From Alphaproteobacteria bacterium (GTDB lineage: Bacteria > Pseudomonadota > Alphaproteobacteria > Bin95), in contig OZ219785.1 of assembly GCA_964291285.2 (NCBI GenBank), positions 192,001 through 256,000 on the forward strand: 64,000 nucleotides of DNA, given 5' to 3'. The position numbers and the translations under genes were made by a program. Positions within the stretch are counted from its first letter, which is position 1. Each line of letters opens with the position of its first letter. The notes below the pieces were generated by a model, which saw only the letters and a list, made by a program, of their open reading frames with translations, searched no databases and was not told where the DNA came from. Positions 30,429-40,183 of this stretch are shown here, one piece after another.

Positions 30429-32252
30429 GTGTGCGGCATTATCGGCATTCTCGGGCGCGGGCCCGTCGCATGGCCGCTGATCGACGCCCTGAAGCGGCTC
30501 GAATATCGCGGCTACGATTCCGCCGGCATCGCGGTGCTGGACAACGGCGCCATCCGCCGCCGGCGGGCGGAAGGCAAGATCGACCGGCTGCGCGACCTTG
30601 TGGCGGCGAAGCCGGTGGAGGGCGCGTCGGGCATCGGCCACACCCGCTGGGCGACGCATGGCGCGGCCAATGAGGCGAACGCGCACCCGCACGCCACCGG
30701 CCGCGTGGCGGTGGTCCATAACGGCATCGTCGAGAACTTCCTGGCCCTCCGCGGCGAGCTGGAGGCGGAGGGCTGCACCTTCGTCACCGAGACCGACACG
30801 GAAGCCGTGGCGCAGCTCATCACGCGCAATCTCGAACGGGGAATGGACCCCGTCTCCGCGACCGATGCGGCGCTGGAGCGGCTCGAGGGAGCGTTCGCGC
30901 TCGCCATCCTGTTCGCCGGCGAGCAGGACCTGATGATCGGGGCGCGGCGGGGCAGCCCGCTGGCCTTCGGTCCGGGCGAGGGCGAGATGTTCCTCGGCTC
31001 CGACGCGCTGGCGCTCGCGCCCTTCACGGACCATATCGCCTTCCTCGAAGAGGGCGACCGGGCGGTGTTCACGCGCAGCGGGGCGGAGGTGCGCGACGCC
31101 GGGGGCCAAGCCGTGGAGCGGCCGGTGCGCCGCAACCGGCTTGCCGGCGCGATGATCGGCAAGGGCAATTACCGCCACTACATGCAGAAGGAGATCCACG
31201 AGCAGCCGACCGTGATCGGCGACACGCTGCGCGCGCTCTTCAACCCGCTGACGCGCGCGGTCGCGCTGCCGGAGCTCGGCATCGACCTGGCCTCCGTCCC
31301 GCGCGTCACCGCGTCCGCCTGCGGCACGGCCTATTATGCGGGCCTTGTCGGCAAATACTGGCTGGAGAGCCTGGCCCGGCTGCCGGTGGACCTCGATATC
31401 GCCTCGGAGCTGCGCTACCGCGAGCCGCCGCTGGAGCCGGGCGGCATGGCGCTGCAGATCTCGCAGTCGGGCGAGACCATCGACACGCTGGAGGCGCTGC
31501 GCTATGCGCGCCGGCAGGGCCTGCATTCGGTCTCCGTCGTCAATGTGGCGGAGAGCGCGATTGCGCGCGAGAGCGACGCCGTCATCCACACGCTCGCCGG
31601 CCCGGAGATCGGCGTCGCCTCGACCAAGGCGTTTACCACCCAGCTGGTCGTGCTGGCGGCGTTCTCGATTGCGGCGGCGCTGGCGCGGGGCGCGATGGAC
31701 GGGCGGGAAGCCGGGCGGCTGACCGAGGCGCTGCTGGAAGTGCCGTCGCGCACGGCGGACATACTGGACCAGGACGACGGCATCGAGGCGCTGGCGCACC
31801 GCCTCGCGACCGCGCGCGACGTGCTCTATATCGGGCGCGGCACCAGCTTCGCCATCGCGCTCGAAGGGGCGCTGAAGCTCAAGGAGCTCTCCTATATCCA
31901 CGCCGCCGGTCATGCCGCCGGCGAGCTGAAGCACGGGCCCATCGCGCTCGTCGACGAAGACGTGCCGGTGGTCGCCATCGCGCCCTCGGACCGGCTGTTC
32001 GACAAGACCGCCTCCAATATCCGCCAGGTGGCGGCGCGCGGCGGACGGGTGATCCTGGTGAGCGATGCGGCCGGCATCGAGGCGATGGGCGGCGATGCCG
32101 AAGCCGCGGTCCGCATGCCCGAGGTCGATCCCTTCGTCGCGCCGATCCTCTACGCGGTCCCGGTCCAGCTTCTCGCCTACCACACGGCGGTGGCGAAGGG
32201 CACGGATGTGGACCAGCCCCGAAACCTCGCCAAGGCGGTCACCGTCGAATAG
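30429..32252 (+). CDS. glmS: Glutamine--fructose-6-phosphate aminotransferase
   Basis: GTG start (M)CGIIG, LEYRGYDSAG, GHTRWATHG, PRNLAKAVTVE. Confidence 0.98.
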   Translation: MCGIIGILGRGPVAWPLIDALKRLEYRGYDSAGIAVLDNGAIRRRRAEGKIDRLRDLVAAKPVEGASGIGHTRWATHGAANEANAHPHATGRVAVVHNGIVENFLALRGELEAEGCTFVTETDTEAVAQLITRNLERGMDPVSATDAALERLEGAFALAILFAGEQDLMIGARRGSPLAFGPGEGEMFLGSDALALAPFTDHIAFLEEGDRAVFTRSGAEVRDAGGQAVERPVRRNRLAGAMIGKGNYRHYMQKEIHEQPTVIGDTLRALFNPLTRAVALPELGIDLASVPRVTASACGTAYYAGLVGKYWLESLARLPVDLDIASELRYREPPLEPGGMALQISQSGETIDTLEALRYARRQGLHSVSVVNVAESAIARESDAVIHTLAGPEIGVASTKAFTTQLVVLAAFSIAAALARGAMDGREAGRLTEALLEVPSRTADILDQDDGIEALAHRLATARDVLYIGRGTSFAIALEGALKLKELSYIHAAGHAAGELKHGPIALVDEDVPVVAIAPSDRLFDKTASNIRQVAARGGRVILVSDAAGIEAMGGDAEAAVRMPEVDPFVAPILYAVPVQLLAYHTAVAKGTDVDQPRNLAKAVTVE

Positions 32253-33765
32253 CGGTCCTGCCGATCAGCAGGCAGACGGGCAGCATCGGCAGGATGCAGA
32301 ACACCGCCATGGCGATGAAGCCGTCCTGGAAGCCCAGCATGTTCGCCTGCGCGGTCACCATGTGGCCCAGATAGTCGAGCGCCGCCTGCTCGCGCACGCC
32401 GTCGGGCAGGCCGGCGCGGCCGAGCAGCCCGCCCACCCGGCCGAGCAGCTCGCGCGTGGCGTCATTGGCCGCCGTTTGCGTCGCTGCGAAGGCGTCGCTG
32501 TGGTGGCCGATGCGCCGTTCCAGCACAACGACCAGGATGTTGATGCCGCAGGACCCTCCCAGCATCAGCAGCAGGTTCACCACGCCCGCGCCGCTGTCGA
32601 GCTGCCGGGGCTCCAGAGCAGCGAGCGCGGTGTTGTTGATGGCGGGCGTGACGAAGGCGACGCCGATCCGGTTCACCAGCAGGTAGCCGGCAATGGTCCA
32701 GAAGGCGGTGTCGCTGTCGGCGCCTGCCATCATCACCGCGCTCGCCATCGCCGCCGCCATGCCGCCGAAGACGATCAGCGGGGCCGGGTAACGGTCGGAG
32801 AGCCGGCCCGCAAGCGGCAGCAGCAACGAAGCGACAATGCAGCCGGGCAGCAGCAGCGAACCCGCCTCGGTCGCCGTCATGCCCGGCACGATCTGGCCGA
32901 AGACGGGGAAGATATAGACCGTGCCGAAGGAGGCGAAGGCGAACACGAAGCTGGTCGTCCCGGCCGCGGCGAAGCGCAGGTTCCGGAAGAGGCTGAGGTC
33001 CAGCAGGCTGGCGTTCGCCCGGCATTGCGAGAGCACGAAGCCCACGGCGGCGATGAGGAACCCGCCCCAGATCGCCAGCATGTAGTCCGAGAACCAGCCC
33101 TCGCGCTGGCCGGAGGCAATGCCGGTGGTGAGCAGGAAGATGGCGGCGGCGACGAGCGCGAAGCCGAGCGCGTCGAAGGCCTCGGGCGGTGCGCGCTGCT
33201 CGCGTTCGGGGATGAAGATGAAGCCCAGCAGGAAGGCGAGCGCCGCGGCGGGAAGCGGCACGAGGAAGATATAGCGCCATTCCAGCAGGTCGATGGCGAG
33301 GCCGCCGATCGCGGGTCCGAGGCCGAGCGCGAACACCACGCCCATGCTGAACAGGCCCATGGCGAGGCCGCGCCTGTCGGGCGGGAAGACCTGGAACAGC
33401 ACTACCATGACCAGCGGCTGCACGATGCCGGAGGAGAGGCCCTGCACGATCCGCCCGAACACGATCAGGCTGAAATTCGGCGCCCACCAGCAGATCATGC
33501 TGCCGACGCCGAACAGGACGAGCGAGAGCGCGAAGGCATTCCGCTGGCCGATGCGCGCCACCAGCCAGCGGTTGAGCAGCAGGCTCGCCGTATTGGTGGC
33601 GAGGAAGGCGGTGGCGAGGAACTGCGCCCGGTCCTGCCCGATCCCGTATGCGCCCATGACATGGGGGATCGCGACATTCGCCATGGTGCTGGAGAACACC
33701 ATGGTGAAGAACGCCAGCAGCCCCGTCGCGGTGACGAGCCAGATATAGAGCGGGCTGCGGTCCAA
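32239..33765 (-). CDS. DHA2/EmrB-family MFS transporter
   Basis: About 14 hydrophobic segments; GRIVQG, LGPAIGG, WRYIF. Confidence 0.9.
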   Translation of the reverse strand: MDRSPLYIWLVTATGLLAFFTMVFSSTMANVAIPHVMGAYGIGQDRAQFLATAFLATNTASLLLNRWLVARIGQRNAFALSLVLFGVGSMICWWAPNFSLIVFGRIVQGLSSGIVQPLVMVVLFQVFPPDRRGLAMGLFSMGVVFALGLGPAIGGLAIDLLEWRYIFLVPLPAAALAFLLGFIFIPEREQRAPPEAFDALGFALVAAAIFLLTTGIASGQREGWFSDYMLAIWGGFLIAAVGFVLSQCRANASLLDLSLFRNLRFAAAGTTSFVFAFASFGTVYIFPVFGQIVPGMTATEAGSLLLPGCIVASLLLPLAGRLSDRYPAPLIVFGGMAAAMASAVMMAGADSDTAFWTIAGYLLVNRIGVAFVTPAINNTALAALEPRQLDSGAGVVNLLLMLGGSCGINILVVVLERRIGHHSDAFAATQTAANDATRELLGRVGGLLGRAGLPDGVREQAALDYLGHMVTAQANMLGFQDGFIAMAVFCILPMLPVCLLIGRTAIRR

Positions 33766-33918
33766 GAGGCGCTCCTGCCGGAAGCCGGAGGAAGGGGATA
33801 ATAGGCCGCCCGAAGCCGGTGGAAAGGCCGGACCGGCAGCCCTGCATCGTGATAGTCTCGCTGCTTCCGGTCATGGTCCCTGTCCGGCCTGGACGGGACC
33901 CAAGCAGGGAGGACGGCG

Positions 33919-35445
33919 ATGCTGGTGACACTCGGCGAGATGCCGGCCAGGGCCGTGGCGGCGTTCGGCGACAGGCCGGCGGTGATCTTCGAGGACGTGC
34001 CCTACAGCTTCGAGGCGCTGGACCGGCGGGCCAACCGTTTCGCCAATGCGCTCGTGGCCGCCGGCATCGAGCCCGGCGACCGGGTGACGCTCTGCGCGCC
34101 GAATTCCTTCGACTGGATGGCGGCCTATTACGGCACGGCGAAGGCGGGCGCCGTGCTCAACCCCGTCACCGCCATGCTGACCGCAGGCGAGATCGGCTAT
34201 ATCGCCGGTAATTGCGGCGCGAAGCTGCTGCTGGCGGGGCCGGGCAAGGGCGAGGCCCTGTTCGAGGCGCTGGCGGGGACGGCCGTGGAACGGGTCGTGT
34301 TCGCGGCGGACGAGGCGCCGGAAGGGGCGGAGACCTACGAGGCGTTCATCGCCAACATGCCGGACGAGTTCGAGCCGCGTCCGCGCGGCCTCGATGAGCT
34401 CGGCGCCATCGGCTACACCTCGGGCACGACCGGCCATCCGAAGGGGGCGATGATGTCGGGCCGCGCCATCGCGGTCGGGACGGCGGGGACGGCGCTGATG
34501 CACGGCCGGACGGCGGCCGACACGACCGTCAGCGCGCTGCCGCTCTCGCATGTTTACGGCATGGTGGTGATGAATTGCGGCCTGCTCTGCGGCGCGACGA
34601 TGGTGCTGCTGGAACGGTTCGAGGCCGAAGCCATGCTGCGCTCGGTCGAACGCTACCGCGCGACCATGCTGGAGGCGGTGCCGACCGGTTTCATGTACAT
34701 GCTGGCCGACCCCGCCATGGGCAGATACGACCTGTCCAGCCTGGAGCGGATGACGACCGGCGGGCAGACCATTCCGCCGGCGACCGCCGCCGAGGTCGAG
34801 GAGAAGTTCGGCGCGACCCTGCTGGAGCTCTGGGGCATGACGGAACTGGCCGGCCCCGGCACGACCCATGCCGCGGCCTGCGAGCGCCGGCTCGGCTCCA
34901 TCGGCGTCGCGATACCCTATGTGGAGGCGCGCATCGGCTCCCTGGAGGACGGCAGGCAGACCGCGCCGGCGGGCGAGCCGGGCGAGCTGCTGATCCGCGG
35001 TCCCATCGTGCCCATGGGCTATTACGGCAACGAGGCGGCGACGAAGGAAGCCTTCGACGAGGACGGCTGGTTCCGCACCGGCGATGTCGCCACCCGGGAC
35101 GAGGACGGGTTCCTCTGGGTCGTGGACCGCAAGAAGGACATGATCAACACCGCCGGCTTCAACGTCTATCCGGCGGAGCTGGAGCGGGTGTTGGCGGCTC
35201 ACCCGGATGTGTCGATGGCCGCCGTCGGCGGCGTGCCGGACCGCGAGAAGGGCGAGCTTGCCAAGGCCTATATCGTGCCCCGGCCCGGCGCCGAACCGAC
35301 GGCGGACAGCATCGTGGCCCACTGCCGCAAGCACCTCGCCCCCTACAAGGTGCCGCGGCAAATCCAGTTCGTCCCGGACCTCCCGGTCAACTCCACCGGC
35401 AAGATCCTGCGCCGCGAGTTGCACACCATTGACGACGGCGGCTGA
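33919..35445 (+). CDS. Acyl-CoA ligase (AMP-binding, FadD-like)
   Basis: YTSGTTGHPKG, WGMTE, GWFRTGD, DRKKD, GKILR. Confidence 0.93.
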   Translation: MLVTLGEMPARAVAAFGDRPAVIFEDVPYSFEALDRRANRFANALVAAGIEPGDRVTLCAPNSFDWMAAYYGTAKAGAVLNPVTAMLTAGEIGYIAGNCGAKLLLAGPGKGEALFEALAGTAVERVVFAADEAPEGAETYEAFIANMPDEFEPRPRGLDELGAIGYTSGTTGHPKGAMMSGRAIAVGTAGTALMHGRTAADTTVSALPLSHVYGMVVMNCGLLCGATMVLLERFEAEAMLRSVERYRATMLEAVPTGFMYMLADPAMGRYDLSSLERMTTGGQTIPPATAAEVEEKFGATLLELWGMTELAGPGTTHAAACERRLGSIGVAIPYVEARIGSLEDGRQTAPAGEPGELLIRGPIVPMGYYGNEAATKEAFDEDGWFRTGDVATRDEDGFLWVVDRKKDMINTAGFNVYPAELERVLAAHPDVSMAAVGGVPDREKGELAKAYIVPRPGAEPTADSIVAHCRKHLAPYKVPRQIQFVPDLPVNSTGKILRRELHTIDDGG

Positions 35446-35906
35446 TCCGCCGGCGGCCATTGCCCTTCCCGTGCCTCGCGGCCTTCGCCGGCCCGGTCAA
35501 GGCAGGCCCGCAAACCCCTTGCCACCGCCCTTGCGCCCCCTTCGTCGCCCCCGCGAAGGCAGGGACCGCAGCGATGAAGAGGTGCGACATATTGTTCATG
35601 AAATTAAGGTAATATTTCTCTGTTTTGGGTCTGAAGCAGGAAAATCCGTGATATGATGGGTCCGGGGTAAGCGGCATCCGGAGCCGCTTCCCGCCCGCGC
35701 CGGCCCGGTGCGGAACGACCCCGATTCAGCCGACAGGCGAAGTGCGTCCTGTGCCTGCCTCGCGCGCGGGCAATCAGGCGCGCGAACCGCGCCGGCGCAA
35801 TGGCGCGCCCGCGCCGACGCAGGCGCGCGCAGGATACGCGCGGATAAGGGTCGCTCCCTGCCGGGACGGCATGGCCGTCGAACCGAAGCGGAATGAAGGA
35901 GCCGCC

Positions 35907-36080
35907 ATGCCCATCATCGACCCGACCGTCGCCCTCTCCTCACGACAGGAAGCCTTCTGCCGCCACTACACAGCCTCAACCGGCTGCAGAGGGCCTGCCC
36001 CTTCAATGCGCCCCGGCAGCCGGACGGGCCCGGAGACGCGGAGTTCGCACCCGGCCATGACAAAACATGACATTCCATGA
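35907..36080 (+). pseudogene. Remnant resembling a terminase small-subunit HTH N-terminus
   Basis: AAGGAG RBS; MPIIDPTVALSSRQEAFCRHYTAS resembles the LTxKQxxFCxxY start of that family, then similarity is lost. Confidence 0.45.
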
Positions 36081-36082
36081 CA
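36056..36082. repeat. CATGACA x3 at 10-bp period (cluster 1)
   Basis: CATGACAaaaCATGACAttcCATGACA. Confidence 0.9.
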
Positions 36083-36254
36083 TCCACGGTGGAGTGGGCG
36101 GTCCCGCCGCCTCGCGCGGGCGGGCGCGCACGCACGGGCAGGCGCGCATTATGCGCGGGCGAGGGACGCTCCTCCGGCAACGGGGGCGTCCGGGACCACG
36201 GACCGACCAAGGAGGCTGCAATGCCTTGCGAACGACCGGGGCGGAGACCGGCCC

Positions 36255-36281
36255 CATGACAAAACATGACATCCCATGACA
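36255..36281. repeat. CATGACA x3 at 10-bp period (cluster 2)
   Basis: CATGACAaaaCATGACAtccCATGACA; 26/27 identical to cluster 1. Confidence 0.9.
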
Positions 36282-36433
36282 TATCGCCAGGGGCCGCCGC
36301 CATTCCTCTCCTCTCCCGCCTGCAGGAGGAGAGGCCGGTGGGAGCCGCGCGGCACGGGCGGCCCTCCCTTGCCCGCTGGGGCGGTTGCTGCGAGAGTCCC
36401 GCCTGGGTCAGGCAATCGGGGGAGACGGAGGGC

Positions 36434-37102
36434 ATGGAACTCGACGAGGCGATGCGGACGACCTTCGCCTGCCGGGACTTCACGGAAGACCCGGTGTCGG
36501 ACGAGACGATCTACCGGCTGCTGGATGCGGCCCGGTTCGCGCCGAGCGGCGGCAACCGCCAGGGCAACCGGGTGATCGTGGTCCGCGACCCGGCGACGAA
36601 AGCCCGGCTGGCGGCGCTGGCAGAGCCGGCGGCGAAGCGCTACGCGGCGCAGGTCAAGCGCGGCGAGAGCCCGTGGAACACGGTGCATCCCTCCGCGGTG
36701 ACGGACGAGGAGGCTGCCGCCACCCGCCCGCCGTCGCGCCTGACCGAGCCGTTCCGGGAAGCGCCGGCGGTGCTGGTCTTCATCGTCGATCTCGGCGCCG
36801 TCGCCTCGATGGACCGCTACCTGGACCGGGTCGGCGTGATTTCCGGCGCGTCGATCTACCCCTTCGTCTGGAACACGCTGCTGGCCGCCCGCCAGGCCGG
36901 GCTCGGCGGCACCATCACCACGCTCGCCGTTGCCGAGGAGCCGGAGGTCAGGCGCCTGCTCGGCATCCCGGATGAATTCGCCGTGGCGGCCGTCGTGCCG
37001 CTCGGCAGGCCGGTCCGCCAGCTGACGAAGCTCCGCCGCCGGAGCGTCGCCGAGATCGCAACCCGCGAGCGCTTCGGCGGCGAGCCGCTGGCGGACGGCT
37101 AG
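36434..37102 (+). CDS. Nitroreductase family protein
   Basis: R.F...PV..E.IYRLLDAARFAPSGGNRQ; LLAAR..GLG. Confidence 0.9.
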   Translation: MELDEAMRTTFACRDFTEDPVSDETIYRLLDAARFAPSGGNRQGNRVIVVRDPATKARLAALAEPAAKRYAAQVKRGESPWNTVHPSAVTDEEAAATRPPSRLTEPFREAPAVLVFIVDLGAVASMDRYLDRVGVISGASIYPFVWNTLLAARQAGLGGTITTLAVAEEPEVRRLLGIPDEFAVAAVVPLGRPVRQLTKLRRRSVAEIATRERFGGEPLADG

Positions 37103-37112
37103 GGAGGGGCCG

Positions 37113-38432
37113 GTGGCGCGCGGCGGGAAGATGCACTTGGCCCAGTTCCTGACCCACGGGCCCACCTACCACAGCCTCGCCATGTGGCGTCACCCGAAGA
37201 CCGACCCCTCATGGGACTGGGCGCGCCCGGGCCTCTACGAGCATATTGCGCGCACCTGCGAGCGCGGCCTGTTCGACATGGTGTTCTTCGCCGACCTCAA
37301 TTACATCTCGGACACCTACCAGGGCTCGCTGGAGCCGGCGCTGCGCTACGCCGTGCAGGCGCCCGAGCACGACCCGGTGCCGCTGCTCGGCTGGCTCGGC
37401 GCGGTGACGGAGCGCATCGGCGTCGCGGCGACCTTCTCGGTCTCCAACCAGCATCCCTTCTACGCCGCGCGCCTCTGGGCCACGCTCGACCACATGACCT
37501 CCGGCCGGGCCGGCTGGAACGTGGTGACTTCCATCAACAGCAACCAGGCCGCCAATTACGGCGTCGAGCGCGAGGCGACGGAGCGCCGCTACGAGCGCGC
37601 ACACGAATATATGCAGGTCTGCCGGAAGCTCTGGAACAGCTGGGACGAGGACGCCGTGCTGCTCGACCGCGAGGGCGCGCGCTTCGCCGACGCCTCGAAG
37701 GTGCATCGGATCGAGCATGAGGGCGAGTTCTTCCGCTCGCGCGGGCCGCTCAACGTGGTGCGCTCGCCGCAGAACGGCCCGGCGATCCTCCAGGCCGGCA
37801 CCTCGCCCGGCGGTCGCGACTTCGCCGCGCGCTACGCCGACGCCGTGTTCGCCATCCAGCCGCGGGCGGAGGACGCCGGGGCCTATCTCGCCGACATCAA
37901 GGAGCGCATGGCGGCTTTCGGCCGGCCGCCCGAAGCCTGCCGCATCCTGTTCGGCATGCAGCCCATCCTCGGCGAGACGGAGTCGGAGGCGCGCGAGAAG
38001 CAGGAGGAGCACAACGGGCTGGTGCCGGTCGAGGGCGGCAAGGCCATCCTCTCCGCCCATCTCAACATGGACCTCGCCGGGATCGGCGACGACGACACCA
38101 TGCTGGAGCGCCCGGAGCCGGAGCTGGTGCGGATGCGCACGCGCTTCCGCAAGAAGGACGGCACGCCCATGACGCTCGCGGAGGTCGCGCGCCGCCACGG
38201 CCAGAGCGTGAGCCTGCCGCAATTCGTCGGCACGCCGGAGAGCGTCGCGGACCAGATGGAGGCGTTCTTCGACAAGGCCGGCGGCGACGGCTTCATGCTC
38301 TCGTCGATCTACAGCCCCGGCGCGATCGAGGAGTTCGTGGACCATGTGGTGCCGATCCTCCAGCGCCGCGGCCGCTTCCGCACCGAATACAAGGGCCGCA
38401 CGCAGCGCGAGCTTCTGGCGCAGGAAGACTGA
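37113..38432 (+). CDS. NtaA/DmoA/SoxA-family FMN-dependent monooxygenase
   Basis: WRHP, ERGLFD.VFFAD, GRAGWNVVTS, QAGTS..GRDFAA, VPILQRRG.FR. Confidence 0.93.
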   Translation: MARGGKMHLAQFLTHGPTYHSLAMWRHPKTDPSWDWARPGLYEHIARTCERGLFDMVFFADLNYISDTYQGSLEPALRYAVQAPEHDPVPLLGWLGAVTERIGVAATFSVSNQHPFYAARLWATLDHMTSGRAGWNVVTSINSNQAANYGVEREATERRYERAHEYMQVCRKLWNSWDEDAVLLDREGARFADASKVHRIEHEGEFFRSRGPLNVVRSPQNGPAILQAGTSPGGRDFAARYADAVFAIQPRAEDAGAYLADIKERMAAFGRPPEACRILFGMQPILGETESEAREKQEEHNGLVPVEGGKAILSAHLNMDLAGIGDDDTMLERPEPELVRMRTRFRKKDGTPMTLAEVARRHGQSVSLPQFVGTPESVADQMEAFFDKAGGDGFMLSSIYSPGAIEEFVDHVVPILQRRGRFRTEYKGRTQRELLAQED

Positions 38433-38445
38433 GCCGGCCCGGTCC

Positions 38446-38898
38446 ATGCCCTTCGTCGAAGCTGAGGACCTGCCGGCGTCGGGGCGGCTCATGGCGCTGG
38501 ATGTGGGGGACCGGACGGTCGGGCTGGCGGTCTCGGACCCGGACCGGCGCGTCGCCTCCCCGGCGGGAACCGTACGCCGCGCGAAGCGGTTTGCGGACAC
38601 GGCCGCGATGCTGCTGGCGGCCCTGGACGAACGGGGTGCGGCGGCGCTTGTCGTCGGCCTGCCGCTCGACCTCGACGGGCGCGAGGGGCGGCGCGCGCGG
38701 CAGGTCCGCCAGTTCGCCCTCAACCTGATGGGACACCGCGACCTGGCCGTGCTGATGTGGGACGAGCGCTTCTCCACCAACGCGGTCGAGCGCGCCATGC
38801 TCGCGGACGACGCGAGCCGCCGCCGCCGCCGCGCCGCCAAGGACACGCTCGCCGCCGTCTATATCCTCCAGGGCTTCCTCGACTCGCTGCCCGGGTGA
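38446..38898 (+). CDS. ruvX: RuvX/YqgF pre-16S rRNA nuclease
   Basis: ALDVG..TVGLAVSD, VVGLP, WDERFST, D..AA.YILQG. Confidence 0.94.
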   Translation: MPFVEAEDLPASGRLMALDVGDRTVGLAVSDPDRRVASPAGTVRRAKRFADTAAMLLAALDERGAAALVVGLPLDLDGREGRRARQVRQFALNLMGHRDLAVLMWDERFSTNAVERAMLADDASRRRRRAAKDTLAAVYILQGFLDSLPG

Positions 38899-38908
38899 GA
38901 AATCCGGG

Positions 38909-39673
38909 CTACGGGTCGGAAATCAGCAGGTAGCCGCGATTCTCGACGGTGTCGAAGGTCCGCATGGCGGCGATCAGGTCGGCCGCTTCCACCCAAACCC
39001 AGGGCGCCCGGTTCGGGTTCACGTCCATGATGAGGAAGGAATCGCTGGCCCGGTCATAGGCGGCGAGCGGCGAAATGTGCCCGCCGCCCGTCTGGCCGAG
39101 CGCCTTGCGGGCGTAGTTGACGAGCACATAGTCGTCGCGGGTGGCGAGGTTCCGGGCGAGTTCGTCGATCAGGGGCGCCGCCGCCACGCCGTCCTCCACG
39201 ACCCGCATCGTCACCGACAGCCCGTGCGCGCGGAGCACCTGAGCGAGCTGATGAAGCTGCAGCCCAAAGTCCTTCTTCAACTCCCCCTCGATTTCGATGG
39301 GCTTGCCGAGCACCTCGGCCACGCTCTTCGTGCCGGCGATCAGCACGTTGTTCGGCGTGTATTTGCCGAGGAACGGATCGAAGCCCTCGGGCAGCCATGC
39401 CATGTCCTCGGCGGCGATGGGGCGGCGGTCCTGCGGCAACCCCTCGCGCTTGCCGAGGCGCAGCGCGTTCAGCACGATCGCCGACGAGGCCGGGCCGCAA
39501 TAGATCCTGTTGTCCTGACTGACGAAATGATTGCTGAGGGGGAAGAAGTCCGCCTTATGCGCGGATCTTGAGAAGCGCGCCGCGCTCTCCTCCGAGGTCC
39601 ACTCGACCAGCGGGGCGGCCGCCGCCGGCGCCGCAAGCAGGACGGCAAGCGCCGAAACAATCCAGAGGCGCAT
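38909..39673 (-). CDS. Phytochelatin synthase family protein (signal peptide)
   Basis: Q....YCGPAS (Cys), GQTGGGHISP (His), LIMDV (Asp). Start may be 39703. Confidence 0.92.
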   Translation of the reverse strand: MRLWIVSALAVLLAAPAAAAPLVEWTSEESAARFSRSAHKADFFPLSNHFVSQDNRIYCGPASSAIVLNALRLGKREGLPQDRRPIAAEDMAWLPEGFDPFLGKYTPNNVLIAGTKSVAEVLGKPIEIEGELKKDFGLQLHQLAQVLRAHGLSVTMRVVEDGVAAAPLIDELARNLATRDDYVLVNYARKALGQTGGGHISPLAAYDRASDSFLIMDVNPNRAPWVWVEAADLIAAMRTFDTVENRGYLLISDP

Positions 39674-39715
39674 CGTTCGAAATCCCCGTCCGGTTTCTGA
39701 CAAGGCGGCTTCGCC

Positions 39716-40183
39716 TTACGGGTTCTGGTCCCAGTCGGGGTCGTCGCTGGGGGACATGGGCGTTTCGGTGGCGAGCAGGCCCTTGCCGGGGACATAGTTG
39801 ACCTCCAGCCGGATGCCGTCCGGGTCCTCGAAGACGAAATAGTAGTAGCCGGGCGCGAAATCGGCCTCCAGCGGGCCGCGGTCGATCATGCCGCCGAGCG
39901 CGCGCACCTTGGCCGCCGCCGCATCCACATCCTCGCGCGAGCGCGCCCGGAAGCAGAGATGGTGCAGGCCCACCCGGTTCTGCACGAAGCGTTCCTCTTC
40001 GTATTCCGGGGCCGGGCGCTGGATGCCGAGCGCGGTCCGCCCGCCCACGTGATAGACGAAATTGTTGCCGTCATAGACCTTCTGCAGGCCAAGGAAGGGC
40101 AGGAGGCCGCAGTAGAATTCGCGCGCCTCCTCGAACCGGCTGACGGTCAGGATGACATGCGCCATGCCGTTGATCTCGATCAT
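39716..40183 (-). CDS. VOC/glyoxalase family protein
   Basis: HVILTV..FY..LL, GLHHLCF, FEDPDGIRLE. Confidence 0.9.
   Translation of the reverse strand: MIEINGMAHVILTVSRFEEAREFYCGLLPFLGLQKVYDGNNFVYHVGGRTALGIQRPAPEYEEERFVQNRVGLHHLCFRARSREDVDAAAAKVRALGGMIDRGPLEADFAPGYYYFVFEDPDGIRLEVNYVPGKGLLATETPMSPSDDPDWDQNP

Noticed and set aside
30415-30429. glmS ribozyme
   Set aside because: Only 13 bp separate glmU and glmS.
36056-36281. Pho boxes
   Set aside because: Period is 10 bp rather than 11 and the site is far from the pho genes.
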